This document shows, piece by piece, positions 45,952 to 55,251 of a DNA stretch of 64,000 bases. Position 1 is the first letter of the stretch; every line of letters starts with the position of its first letter. Source of the DNA: Vulcanimicrobiota bacterium (GTDB lineage: Bacteria > Vulcanimicrobiota > Xenobia > Xenobiales > JADMJV01); assembly GCA_050250895.1 (NCBI GenBank), contig JBFWNU010000003.1, positions 797,137 through 861,136 on the forward strand, given 5' to 3'. The notes below the pieces were generated by a model. The model did not search any database and was not told where the DNA came from. It was given only the letters and a program-made list of their open reading frames with translations. The translations under genes were made by a program, and so were the position numbers.

Positions 45952-46398
45952 GTGTCAGAAAGCGTTACAGGAGCCCACCTGCGACTCGTGCTGTGGAAAG
46001 CCTATAAAGCCGTCGAACAGGTCGACCGCCGGTCGATCTCGGGGACCGGTCTGTGCGTCTCCGATTTCACCATTCTCGAGGCCCTGCTGCACAAGGGTCC
46101 CCTACCGGTGAACGCCATCGGTAAGAAGGTTCTGCTCACCAGCGGTTCGATCACGACAGCCGTCGACCGCCTGGCCGAGCGAGGGTTGGTAGAACGCAAG
46201 CCCGACCCCAAAGACGGTCGGGTGGCCCAGGTTCATCTCACTGCGGCTGGCCGCGCCCTGATCGAGCCGGCTTTTGAAGAGCACGCCCAGCGTCTCGAGA
46301 CCATCGCCAGTCGCCTGTCGGTCGACGAACGGGGCACGCTGGTGAACCTATTGAAGAAATATGGCTTGCGAGCCGAGGAGTTGGCCCGTCATGGGTAA
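45952..46398 (+). CDS. mhqR: MarR family regulator, MhqR-like
   Basis: FTILEALLHKG..IGKKVLLTSGSITTAVDRL closely resembles Bacillus MhqR as recalled; TTGACC-N16-TATGGT-N6-GTG leaderless start. Confidence 0.8.
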   Translation: MSESVTGAHLRLVLWKAYKAVEQVDRRSISGTGLCVSDFTILEALLHKGPLPVNAIGKKVLLTSGSITTAVDRLAERGLVERKPDPKDGRVAQVHLTAAGRALIEPAFEEHAQRLETIASRLSVDERGTLVNLLKKYGLRAEELARHG

Positions 46399-47779
46399 CG
46401 AATTAGCCGCCCAGAGCGGCGAGAATCGACGTCCAGTGCGCGCCTCCGGCACGATGCGCAATGGCACCGTCCACGTGCTGGTGGTCGACGACGACCCCCA
46501 CACCCTCGAGTCGATCTGTGGATTGCTGGGCGATAGTTTTGCCGTGCACGCGGCCTCGGATGTCACTGACGGCCTCGCCAAGCTCGACCGCTATCCCATC
46601 GCCGTCTTGATCACCGACCAGCGGATGAATGGGGTCGGGGGCGACGGGCTGCTGGCCGAGACGGCTCGGCGCTCGCTGAGCACCCGGGTGCTTTTGACTG
46701 GCTATTCGGATATGGGGGCCATGGTTCGAGCCGTGCAGCGCGGCCATATCTATGCCTACATCGCCAAGCCCTGGGATCCGATGGAGCTTCGCCTGACTCT
46801 GGAGCGGGCTGTCGAGCATCATCGGTTGATGCAGGTCCTCCATCATGAGCGCCGGCAGCTGGTGCAACTGATGGAGAGCGTGCCCGATGTCATCTATTTC
46901 AAAGACGAGGAGCATCGCTTCACGCGGGTGAACCGGGCCACCGCCGAACTCCTGGGCGTCAACGACGCCGCCTCGCTCATCGGTCGGGGCGACTGGGATT
47001 TCTTCCCTCCCGATGAGGCGGCCCGCATCGAAGCGGAAGACTCGGCAGTGATCCAGGGGGGCCGTCCCCTGGTCGACCAGATCGAAGCGGTGACCCCGCC
47101 CGATGGCCGCCAGCGCTGGTTCTCTACCACCAAGGTGCCCATCGAGGGGGCCGGGCTGGTGGGTATCTCCCGTGATGTCACCGAGCGGAAATTGGCCGAG
47201 CAGCGCCTGGATGCCATGACGCGCCAGCTGGTCGAGGCCGAGTTCGAGAAGAAAGCCTTCTATCGACGGGTCATCCAGGCCGTCACCGACGGCAAGCTGC
47301 ATCTGGTCGACGCCGAAGACGTGCCCACCTTTCAGGCGACGGTCCGGCTCGACCTGGAAGAGGTCGACAACTATCGGGTCTGCCGCGAAGAGTTGCGCGC
47401 TCTGGGCGAGCAGGCGGGCTTGCACGACGACGCGATCGAGGATCTCGTGCTCGGAGCGGGTGAGGCCGTGACCAACGCCATCAAGCACGCCACCGGAGGC
47501 ATGTGCCTGGCCGGGCTCGATGACTCGGGCGTCGTGGTCAGGGTGGTCGACCAGGGCGCCGGCATTCACGCCGACGACCTGCCCGACACCCTCTTCCGCA
47601 CCGGTTTTAGCACCAAGATCTCGCTGGGTCTTGGCTACACCCTGATTCTAAAGGTGATGGATAGCATCTGGCTTTCCACCGGGCCTGAGGGCACGATTTT
47701 GCAGATGGTCAAGCGGAAGCCCTCGGAAGAACAGCTCGACGCCGATCTCAACGCTTTTCTCGACCGGTTCAGTAGCTAG
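46391..47779 (+). CDS. REC-PAS-HATPase (RsbW/SpoIIAB-like kinase) protein
   Basis: VLVVDDD, ITDQRM and KPW (REC); PDVIYFKD..RVN (PAS); EAVTNAIKHA, DQGAGI and GLG, with no HisKA H-box; start 46391 or 46454. Confidence 0.85.
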   Translation: MGNELAAQSGENRRPVRASGTMRNGTVHVLVVDDDPHTLESICGLLGDSFAVHAASDVTDGLAKLDRYPIAVLITDQRMNGVGGDGLLAETARRSLSTRVLLTGYSDMGAMVRAVQRGHIYAYIAKPWDPMELRLTLERAVEHHRLMQVLHHERRQLVQLMESVPDVIYFKDEEHRFTRVNRATAELLGVNDAASLIGRGDWDFFPPDEAARIEAEDSAVIQGGRPLVDQIEAVTPPDGRQRWFSTTKVPIEGAGLVGISRDVTERKLAEQRLDAMTRQLVEAEFEKKAFYRRVIQAVTDGKLHLVDAEDVPTFQATVRLDLEEVDNYRVCREELRALGEQAGLHDDAIEDLVLGAGEAVTNAIKHATGGMCLAGLDDSGVVVRVVDQGAGIHADDLPDTLFRTGFSTKISLGLGYTLILKVMDSIWLSTGPEGTILQMVKRKPSEEQLDADLNAFLDRFSS

Positions 47780-47784
47780 CCGCG

Positions 47785-48705
47785 CTAATTGTCAGAGACC
47801 CCTCCCGGCCTGAACTCGGGCAGCTCTGGTTTCTCATAGGCCAGCCTCCAGAACTCGAGACGCTGGGCCTGCAACGCTTGCAGGCAGTCGTCTTCGAGGG
47901 TTTCGATCAGGTCGGGCCGGCGCAGGTCGTGCTGGTCATAGACCGCTAGCGGCAAGCCGAGTTCGTCGGCTACATGCTGGTCGAACTCGGGGTCTTTCTT
48001 GGCCAGCACCACTGCCCCCCAGAGAAAGTCCGTGCCGGATTGCACTCCCAGCAACAGGTCGACCAGCAAACGCCGACCGTTGCGCAGATGCACCACCCTG
48101 AGGTTGGGAAAGGCGTACAGCTGGATCGAGTCGAGGATCAGGTGCAACCCGGCCTCGGGACGTAAGCCCCGGTGATGGCGGTGGTCGCTCTCTACCGGGA
48201 TGTGGGTGCGCAGCCCCAGCTGCAAAGGCGAAATCTTGACCGGATCGGCGCCGGCCGCCAGCAGATGCAGACACAGCAGAACCTGAGTCTCGTCCCGACA
48301 GGGAAGATAGGCCAGGGCCTCGCTGAGATTCTCGAGATCGCATCGGCACGCCAATCGCGCCTGCAGCTTGTCGAAGATCTCCGCTTCGCCGAATTTCAGC
48401 ATGGCCATCCACTCCGGCACCTGGCGGTTGGGTTCAGGCGCGGGCAGCGAGTCGAGCATGAACTCGATGGAACGGCGCTCGCGAAAGGGCGTGTTGGCCA
48501 CCAGTTGCTCGGGATGTCGGCCCAGGGCCGTGGCCAGGCGCGAGAGTTGGTCGTTATCGGGTAGTCGGTGGTCGGACTCGAAGCGGATGAGCAGTTCAGG
48601 AGCCAGCCGGGCTTCGCCGGCCAGCTTTTGCAGGCTCATTCCGCGTCGCAAGCGATACTTTTGTAGTTTTTGTCCCAGGCTGGGACGCGGGTCCTGACGT
48701 TTCAT
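47785..48705 (-). CDS. XRE-family HTH protein with C-terminal domain of unknown function
   Basis: LGQKLQKYRLRRGMSLQKLA...FES..RLP..L..LA.ALG; TATGCT-N6-ATG start. Confidence 0.75.
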   Translation of the reverse strand: MKRQDPRPSLGQKLQKYRLRRGMSLQKLAGEARLAPELLIRFESDHRLPDNDQLSRLATALGRHPEQLVANTPFRERRSIEFMLDSLPAPEPNRQVPEWMAMLKFGEAEIFDKLQARLACRCDLENLSEALAYLPCRDETQVLLCLHLLAAGADPVKISPLQLGLRTHIPVESDHRHHRGLRPEAGLHLILDSIQLYAFPNLRVVHLRNGRRLLVDLLLGVQSGTDFLWGAVVLAKKDPEFDQHVADELGLPLAVYDQHDLRRPDLIETLEDDCLQALQAQRLEFWRLAYEKPELPEFRPGGVSDN

Positions 48706-48869
48706 ACTTCCAGCATAGGAGGCTGGCTTTGACGCGGTCTGTCCGTTTCGTTAAAGGGGCATTGCCGCGATGTTGCGGCGATATTAACGAGCCTTTCGCC
48801 CCGGCCGCGGAGGCCGCAGGATGGTCGACCGGGCAAGGAGAACGTTTTCTCTCTGAGGAGGGGGCAGAC

Positions 48870-49736
48870 ATGAGAGCGATTCGACTAACCCTATTTGTGG
48901 TGGCTTTGATACTGACAGGTTGCAGCCAGCCGTCAGGTTCCAACGGAGCCTCGGCGACTCCCGACGGTACGGCCACACCGAACGCTTCGGCCTCGCCCGT
49001 CGTCGCCTCGCCGCTTCCACTAACGGAGGAGTTTAAGCCGATTTTTGAAGCGATGGCCAGGGATCGAACCGCCTCCGACCCCGACCCTTTCGCCCCGGCC
49101 GTCGAGGCCGTGAAATCCCATCCAGAGGTGGCGCTGATGGTCGACGAGGATGGCAACACCCTCCTCAACAAGACTCTCCAGACCAGCGTCTCCGCGCGCC
49201 ACATCGAGCCCCAAAAAGAAGTCGTTGGGGTTTTGCTCGACAATGGTGCCGATCCTAACCACCCGAACTATCAACAAATGCCTCCGCTCGCCCAGCGTTC
49301 ACTCTCGCCCGGGTTGGTCACCCTTTTGCTCGAGCACGGTGCTGATCCCAACGGCCGTGCAGAATCAGGCTTGACCGCTCTAATGCAAGCCTGGGACGCC
49401 GACAGCGCCAGGGTTCTTCTCGAGCACGGGGCCGATGTGAAACTCGCCGACCGCTTTGGACGAACAGCCCTTCACCACGCCGCAGGCAACCGGAGCGAGG
49501 CCGGACCGGCCATCGTGCAGGCCCTGCTCGACGCAGGGGCCGACGCGTCTCAGACCGACGAGGGCGGGAATACTCCGCTTCATGTGGCTGCTTCTGCGGG
49601 TGAAACCGAAAGCGCGAAAATCCTGATCAGCAAAGGGGCGAAGAACGTTCCGAACAAGGAAGGCAAGACACCTCTGCAGGTAGCCAAGGAGAGTCACAAT
49701 GAAGACGTTGCCGCTTTGTTGAAGGACTTGAAGTAG
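48870..49736 (+). CDS. Ankyrin repeat lipoprotein
   Basis: Lipobox LTGC; repeated GxTxLH/LLEHGADPN ankyrin motifs; GAGGAGG RBS. Confidence 0.92.
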   Translation: MRAIRLTLFVVALILTGCSQPSGSNGASATPDGTATPNASASPVVASPLPLTEEFKPIFEAMARDRTASDPDPFAPAVEAVKSHPEVALMVDEDGNTLLNKTLQTSVSARHIEPQKEVVGVLLDNGADPNHPNYQQMPPLAQRSLSPGLVTLLLEHGADPNGRAESGLTALMQAWDADSARVLLEHGADVKLADRFGRTALHHAAGNRSEAGPAIVQALLDAGADASQTDEGGNTPLHVAASAGETESAKILISKGAKNVPNKEGKTPLQVAKESHNEDVAALLKDLK

Positions 49737-49746
49737 TGTTTGGCAG

Positions 49747-50292
49747 CTATTGGCTGGCCCGAACCGGTAGCACGATTTGACGCCGGCCGCTGATGGGCTC
49801 TTCCAAAAGCTCGCTGGCGGGAAGCACCTTCGAGGGGTCGAGCACCCGCAAAACCGCGATCTCGTCGCAGCAGTCTTGCTTGGGGCAGGCCTGGCAATCG
49901 AGCCACACCTTCTGGGGAAAGATGTTCTTTGAAACCACCTCGAATCCGAGCTTCTCGAAGAATCCGACCTGATAAGTGAGGGCGAAGACGCGGCCCAATT
50001 CCAACTCCCGGGCCTCTTCGATCAGAGCCTCGGTGATGCGGCGTCCCAGGCCGGTGCCGTGGGCCTTTTCGTGGATGGCCAGCGAGCGCACCTCGGCCAG
50101 GTCATACCACATCAGGCGCAGAGCCCCACAGCCCAGCAACTCGCCGTCATCGCTCTCGGCGATGGTGAACTCGCGAATCTGCTCGAACACTTCGACCAGT
50201 CGCTTGGGCAGCATCAGCCCCTTTTGGGCGAAGTGGTTGACGACCTGATGTATGGCTTCAGCGTCGCTCAGGCGGGCTTTGCGCAGATTCAT
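49747..50292 (-). CDS. argA: Short GNAT-type N-acetylglutamate synthase
   Basis: LAEVRSLAI, GTGLG, VFALTYQ..FF and FPQKVWLDC; coupled downstream of argD. Confidence 0.8.
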   Translation of the reverse strand: MNLRKARLSDAEAIHQVVNHFAQKGLMLPKRLVEVFEQIREFTIAESDDGELLGCGALRLMWYDLAEVRSLAIHEKAHGTGLGRRITEALIEEARELELGRVFALTYQVGFFEKLGFEVVSKNIFPQKVWLDCQACPKQDCCDEIAVLRVLDPSKVLPASELLEEPISGRRQIVLPVRASQ

Positions 50293-51458
50293 AGCACCTC
50301 CAGCAGCTCGTTGAGCAGATTGCAGACGGTCTCGAGATGGCTCTCTTCGATCACCAGCGGAGGCAGCAGCCGCAGGCTGTTGGCCCCGGCCGTGCCGATG
50401 AGAACTCCACGGGCCATGGCCTGTTCGACCAGGTCCCGAGCTTTGTGTTGCTCCTCGAGTTCGATGCCCCACATCAGGCCGCAGCCGCGTACCTGACGCA
50501 CGGCCGGCAGTTGCTCGAGAGCCATCAAGCGGCTCTCGAGATATTCACCCCGCGAGCGCACCCCGGCCAGAAACTCGGGATCGGCCACGATCTGTAGCAC
50601 CCGGTTGGCCACGCTGGTAATCATCGGACCGGCCGCGAAGGTGCTGCCGTGGTCGCCGGGCTCGAGGCAACCCGCCACCGCCTCGGTCATCAGCACGACC
50701 CCGATGGGCAGCCCGGCCGCCAGCGGCTTGGCCAGGGTCATCAGGTCGGGGCTGATGCCGCTGGCTTCGTGAGCCCAGAGAGTGCCGGTGCGGCCCAGTC
50801 CGCACTGGACTTCGTCGAAGATCAGGGCCGCCCCGGCCTGATCGCACATCCGCCGTAAACCGACCAGAAACTCGGGGGTGGCGGGCACGATGCCGCCCTC
50901 GCCCTGGACCGGTTCGACAATCACGGCTGCCACCGATTCGTCTAGCACCCCATGGACGCTGTCGAGGTCGTTGAAGACGGCCCAACGCACGCCCGGCACC
51001 AGGGGCCCAAAGGGGTCGCGCCGAGCCGCTCCCGAGGTCACCGAAAGCGCGCCCATCGAACGCCCGTGGAAGCTATTCTCAAAGGTCACCAACCCGGGCC
51101 GGCGCTTCCACTTGCGGGCGAACTTCAAGGCGCCCTCACTGGCCTCGGTGCCGCTGTTGCAGAAGAACACCCGGTCGGCAAAGCTCAACTCGCACAAACG
51201 CTGGGCCAGCTCTACGTGCGGCCTGGTGTGATAGAGGTTGCTCACGTGTACCAGGGTTTGCTCGTGCATGGCCGCCACCACCTCGGGATGCAGATGCCCC
51301 ATGCTCGAGGCTCCCAGCCCGGACAGGCAGTCGAGATAGGTCTTGCCCTCGATATCCTCGAGAAACATCCCCTGGCCGGCCACCAGCACCGGTTCGAAAC
51401 GGCGATAAGTGGGAGCCAGATACTTCTGCTCGAGGGCTTTGATGTCGTCGCCGGTCAT
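50289..51458 (-). CDS. argD: Acetylornithine aminotransferase
   Basis: FFCNSGTEA, SFHGRS, EPVQGEGG, FDEVQCG and LAKPL motifs. Confidence 0.93.
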   Translation of the reverse strand: MTGDDIKALEQKYLAPTYRRFEPVLVAGQGMFLEDIEGKTYLDCLSGLGASSMGHLHPEVVAAMHEQTLVHVSNLYHTRPHVELAQRLCELSFADRVFFCNSGTEASEGALKFARKWKRRPGLVTFENSFHGRSMGALSVTSGAARRDPFGPLVPGVRWAVFNDLDSVHGVLDESVAAVIVEPVQGEGGIVPATPEFLVGLRRMCDQAGAALIFDEVQCGLGRTGTLWAHEASGISPDLMTLAKPLAAGLPIGVVLMTEAVAGCLEPGDHGSTFAAGPMITSVANRVLQIVADPEFLAGVRSRGEYLESRLMALEQLPAVRQVRGCGLMWGIELEEQHKARDLVEQAMARGVLIGTAGANSLRLLPPLVIEESHLETVCNLLNELLEVL

Positions 51459-52195
51459 AGGCTTACCTCCGTGGCGCAGGGTTGTCCCTGGCGAAATTGT
51501 TCGAGTCCGGCCAGGTTGGTGATCAGCACCCGGGCCACTCCCGCCTCGAGGGCTTGCAGGGCCGATTCGACTTTGGGGATCATCCCGGCTCCGATCACCC
51601 CACTCTCAATGAACTCGCGACAGGTCCTTGCAGTCAGCCGCTCCTGGGGCTGGCCGTCGACCAGAATTCCCCCGCTGCCGGTGAGAAACACCAGGCAGTC
51701 GGCCCCCATTCCGGCGGCCACCGCCGAGGCCACGAAGTCGGCGTTGACGTTGAGTAGCTGGCCACGCTCACCCAGACTGATGGGCGACAGACAGGGAGTA
51801 AATCCCGCCCCGGTCAAAGCCCGTAAGCCCTCGGCATCCACACCCACGGGCATCCCCACCAGCCCCAGTTCGCCCTCGACCTGGCGGGTCTTGACCAACC
51901 CCGCGTCTACTCCCGACAGACCCAGGGCTTTGACCCCCTGGCGCACCAGACCGGCCACCAGGCTGGTGCTGGCTCCACCGGTCAAGCCCAGCACGGCCAC
52001 CTCGAGGGTGGCTGCATCGGTCACCCGCTGGCCGTCAAGAAAGCGGGGCGTGATGCCCAATCGTTCGGAAAGCTTGTTGTTAGTGGGACCGCCGCCGTGC
52101 ACGATGACCACCTCGGGCCAGTTGGCCACGGCCTGACCCAGGCCCTCGAGAAAGCGCTCGTTTTCGAGTTCGCTGCCGCCGATCTTGATTACCAT
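51455..52195 (-). CDS. argB: Acetylglutamate kinase
   Basis: VIKIGG, VHGGG, GQRVTD, NVNAD and GMIPK motifs. Confidence 0.93.
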   Translation of the reverse strand: MVIKIGGSELENERFLEGLGQAVANWPEVVIVHGGGPTNNKLSERLGITPRFLDGQRVTDAATLEVAVLGLTGGASTSLVAGLVRQGVKALGLSGVDAGLVKTRQVEGELGLVGMPVGVDAEGLRALTGAGFTPCLSPISLGERGQLLNVNADFVASAVAAGMGADCLVFLTGSGGILVDGQPQERLTARTCREFIESGVIGAGMIPKVESALQALEAGVARVLITNLAGLEQFRQGQPCATEVSL

Positions 52196-53166
52196 CCGGC
52201 CAACCCCTCCCGCTCGTCAAAGCCGAAGACGGCGTTGAGGTTCTGCAGTGCCTGGCCGGCCGCTCCCTTGATGAGGTTGTCGATGGTGCTGACCAGGATC
52301 AGGTGGCTGGCGGTGGGATGAAGACTGATATGACAACGGTTCGAGCCGACCACCTGGGCCAGGTTGGCCGTCTGCCCGGCCGCCAGGACCCTGACGAAGG
52401 GCTCGCCAGCGTAGCGGTCTTGATAGAGCTGATGAGGGTCGAAATCGCCGCTCCACGGAACGTAGAGCACGCTCAGGATGCCCCGGGTGACGGGCAGCAG
52501 ATGGGGCGTGAACAGCAGGTCGTGATGACCGATGTGCTCGCACATTTCGGCCCGATGGCGATGGCAATCCCCGATCTTGTAAGGAGTCAGATTGTCGTGC
52601 ACGTCGACGAAATGGGTGGTCCGGCTCAACCCCCGGCCGGCCCCGCTCACCCCGCTTTTGCTGTCGACGATGACGGTCCCCGCCAGCCTGTCCCTCAAAG
52701 GCTCGAGGGCCAGCAGCACGCTGGTGGGATAGCAGCCCGGATTGGCCACCATCCGCGCCCCTTTCAGGCTGGGCCGGGCCACTTCGGTGAGACCATAGAC
52801 GGCCTGAGCTAGCAAGTCGGGATAGCGGTGCGGCGTCTCGTAGACCCGCTCATACACATCCGGGTCGCCGAGGCGAAAGTCGGCTGAGAGGTCGATGACC
52901 ACGGCTCCGGCCTGATGGGCGCGCCAGACGGGCTCTTGCGAGGCGGCGTGGGGCAGACAGCTAAAGACGGCGTCGACCGCAAGGTCACACTGGTCGGCGG
53001 GCAGCAGCTCGAGGCCCGGCGCCCGCGGGTCGATGGCGTCGAGAGTCTTGCCCGCCTCGCTATGGGCGCCTACCCAGGCCAACTCGAGGCGCGGATGCCC
53101 GAGCACCAGCCGGACGAGTTCCAAACCGGCATATCCTGAGGCTCCCAGAATACCGACTTTGACCAT
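52189..53166 (-). CDS. argC: N-acetyl-gamma-glutamyl-phosphate reductase
   Basis: GASGYAG, IDLSADFRL, ANPGCYPT, SGVSGAG and DNLIKGAAGQA; AGGAG RBS before the ATG at 53166. Confidence 0.95.
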   Translation of the reverse strand: MVKVGILGASGYAGLELVRLVLGHPRLELAWVGAHSEAGKTLDAIDPRAPGLELLPADQCDLAVDAVFSCLPHAASQEPVWRAHQAGAVVIDLSADFRLGDPDVYERVYETPHRYPDLLAQAVYGLTEVARPSLKGARMVANPGCYPTSVLLALEPLRDRLAGTVIVDSKSGVSGAGRGLSRTTHFVDVHDNLTPYKIGDCHRHRAEMCEHIGHHDLLFTPHLLPVTRGILSVLYVPWSGDFDPHQLYQDRYAGEPFVRVLAAGQTANLAQVVGSNRCHISLHPTASHLILVSTIDNLIKGAAGQALQNLNAVFGFDEREGLAGW

Positions 53167-53176
53167 CTTGCTCCTA

Positions 53177-53211
53177 ATCAATAAAGCCCCCCGGCTCGGT
53201 CCGGAGGGCTT
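53177..53211 (-). terminator. Intrinsic terminator in the argC leader
   Basis: Minus strand AAGCCCTCCGG-accgag-CCGGGGGGCTT, followed by TATTGATT. Confidence 0.8.
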
Positions 53212-53237
53212 CTGTGGGAGAGGGGATTCCTACGCGC

Positions 53238-53294
53238 CTACCAGACCCAATCAAGGCTCTGGCGACGGCGACGAATGACCACGGCTCTCTTCAT
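53238..53294 (-). CDS. Putative arg operon leader peptide MKRAVVIRRRRQSLDWVW
   Basis: 18 codons with tandem CGT CGC CGT CGC, between the promoter and the terminator upstream of argC. Confidence 0.8.
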   Translation of the reverse strand: MKRAVVIRRRRQSLDWVW

Positions 53295-53296
53295 AA

Positions 53297-53331
53297 TTGC
53301 TAAAATTAGCATAACGTTGATGGGGTGTCAA
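53297..53331 (-). promoter_or_regulatory. sigma70 promoter of the arg operon
   Basis: TTGACA(53331-53326)-N17-TAATTT(53308-53303) with a TG extension; overlapping palindrome TGCTAATTTTAGCA. Confidence 0.7.
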
Positions 53332-53375
53332 CGTGGGCGCGAGGGTGGCCAGGCGGGCGGGTTGAAGCCACTTTC

Positions 53376-54149
53376 ATGGACGCGGCTAGCGAATTCGAGA
53401 TGGTCTTCCAGTCGGCTTTCGCCCCCCTGGCCCTGGCCGAGATTCCCCCCCTGGCCCGGCTGGTGTCATCCGAACTCGTCGAACTCGGCCGGCGTCTACT
53501 CGAGGCTCACTTCGGCGCCCTCACTGTGCCGGCCATGCCGGTGGAACACCTGCTGCATTTCGCCGTGCGCAAGCGCTTCTTCGAGGACCAGGCCCGGGCC
53601 GGCCTGGCCGGCGTGGCCCACGTGGTCTCACTGGGAGCCGGCTGGGACCCCCTCCTTCTCGCTCTGGCCCAGGCTCATCCCGAGGTAGCGTTCACCGAGT
53701 TTGATCGCCCCGAAGTCTGCGAGCCCAAGCGGTCGGCCCTGGTGAAGGCCGGGCTGCTTCCATCCAACCTGCACCTGGTCTCGACGGTCTTGCCCGACCT
53801 GGGAGCCTGGCCGGCTGGCCCGCACCTCATGCTAGCCCAGGCCGTGCTGATGTACCTCGAGGTTGCCCAGGTGCGCCAGCTGCTCCAGCGCTTGCCTCCG
53901 GGTCGGCTAGTGCTGAGCTACGCCACCTCGGACCTTGGTGACCCGTCGCTGGCCCGGCTGCGCCGCTTCATCGGCTGGCACTGCGACGACCTGCCCGACT
54001 TCCTGGGGCCCGACTGGCAGATTCTCGAACACCCCACCCACGCCGAGCTCGAGCAACGCTATCTACGACCTGGTTTGCGCCTGTCCGGCCCCGGCCGGGT
54101 GGAGCGGATGGCCGTCGTTCACCGTCAGCGACTGCTGGCGCGAACATAG
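53376..54149 (+). CDS. Class I SAM-dependent methyltransferase (LCM/O-methyltransferase-like)
   Basis: VRKRFFE, VVSLGAGWD, EFDRPEV...K and AQAVLMYL motifs. Confidence 0.82.
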   Translation: MDAASEFEMVFQSAFAPLALAEIPPLARLVSSELVELGRRLLEAHFGALTVPAMPVEHLLHFAVRKRFFEDQARAGLAGVAHVVSLGAGWDPLLLALAQAHPEVAFTEFDRPEVCEPKRSALVKAGLLPSNLHLVSTVLPDLGAWPAGPHLMLAQAVLMYLEVAQVRQLLQRLPPGRLVLSYATSDLGDPSLARLRRFIGWHCDDLPDFLGPDWQILEHPTHAELEQRYLRPGLRLSGPGRVERMAVVHRQRLLART

Positions 54150-54679
54150 AGGCGGGTGCAGCGGAAGCCATCTGCCGTGACAGGTTGGTAGCCTCGTTCG
54201 AGGCACTGAAAACCCATGAACTCCCCCGACTTGAGACGATAGCTCGATCGGAACAGGCCCTGAACCAGTTCATGCTCCTCGAGAAACCAGGAGCTCACCT
54301 CAAAGTCGACTAGGACAAACTGGTCCTCTCCGCGAGTCACTCTGGCCCTGATGACCGGGCCGACGGCTGACCAACCCTGGAGCCAGCGCCCGTCGTAGTC
54401 GAGTTCGGGCTGGGTTGAGGTGTAGCGAGCCAGGACTTTGCATTCACCCTGGACTTCGAGGAACGCGATCACTGCGTCGAATAGTTGGGGACGATCGAAG
54501 GAGGCGGTCCAGTCGAGCCAGCCGGCTCCTTCGACGGGACCCAGAGGTGCGGGCCCGTCCCAGGTCACTCCCATCTGCTTCACTCCGTTTTCGGTGAAGC
54601 CGATGACGTAGACGTCCCACCGGGTTTCGGCCAGCGCCGCCTGGGTCGCGAGAATGAGTAGCAACAGCAGGTGTCTCAT
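54125..54679 (-). CDS. Exported beta-rich protein, tandem paralog 5 of 5
   Basis: Signal peptide; IGFTENGVKQ, YDGRWLQGW and GF..TRLYVR family motifs. Confidence 0.85.
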   Translation of the reverse strand: MRHLLLLLILATQAALAETRWDVYVIGFTENGVKQMGVTWDGPAPLGPVEGAGWLDWTASFDRPQLFDAVIAFLEVQGECKVLARYTSTQPELDYDGRWLQGWSAVGPVIRARVTRGEDQFVLVDFEVSSWFLEEHELVQGLFRSSYRLKSGEFMGFQCLERGYQPVTADGFRCTRLYVRASSR

Positions 54680-55251
54680 TCATTCTCCTTGTCGAACTCG
54701 ACGCGGATGTAGAGGATGGTGTGAGGAAAGCCCTCGCGCGGAATCGAGTTGCCTTGTTGATCGAGGCACTCGATAATGAGGCCGTCGCCCGACATCACGC
54801 GTAGGCCGGTAAGGAACCTTCCGTGAGCGGTTTCCTTCCCCTCGAAGAACGTGGAGCCCAGGTTTAGATCCACGGCGACGTAATGATCCGGGAGTTCCTC
54901 GATCCCGGCTTTCAGCCTTGGTCCGAGCGCGGTCCAGCCTTGCAGCCAACGAGCGTCATAGTTGATCGTTGTCCCTCGCCCGTCGTGCTTGCCATAGACA
55001 GAGCACTCGCCCTGCTTGCTGAGATGCTCGATGGAAGCATCGAAGAGTCGAGAAACCCGCATGACTGGTAGCACGAGGAGCCAGCCTCGACCTTCTCGCG
55101 CGGCGACCCTCGGGAAGACGCGATCGTCGGACCAGTCCAGCCTCATCTGTTTGAGACCGTTGTCGGTGAAACCGATGAGTTCGACGTGCCATCTGAACTC
55201 GGCCAGCGCGGGCTGAGCCACCAGCAGCAAAAGAAGCAGTGCACGTTTCAT
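54676..55251 (-). CDS. Exported beta-rich protein, tandem paralog 4 of 5
   Basis: Signal peptide; LIGFTDNGLKQ, WLQGWTALGP and REGFPHTILYIRVE. Confidence 0.85.
   Translation of the reverse strand: MKRALLLLLLVAQPALAEFRWHVELIGFTDNGLKQMRLDWSDDRVFPRVAAREGRGWLLVLPVMRVSRLFDASIEHLSKQGECSVYGKHDGRGTTINYDARWLQGWTALGPRLKAGIEELPDHYVAVDLNLGSTFFEGKETAHGRFLTGLRVMSGDGLIIECLDQQGNSIPREGFPHTILYIRVEFDKENE

Noticed and set aside
53298-53311. ARG box (ArgR operator) at the arg promoter
   Set aside because: The palindrome TGCTAATTTTAGCA differs from the TGMAT-N4-ATKCA core at conserved positions and is single rather than tandem; kept only as an unassigned palindrome
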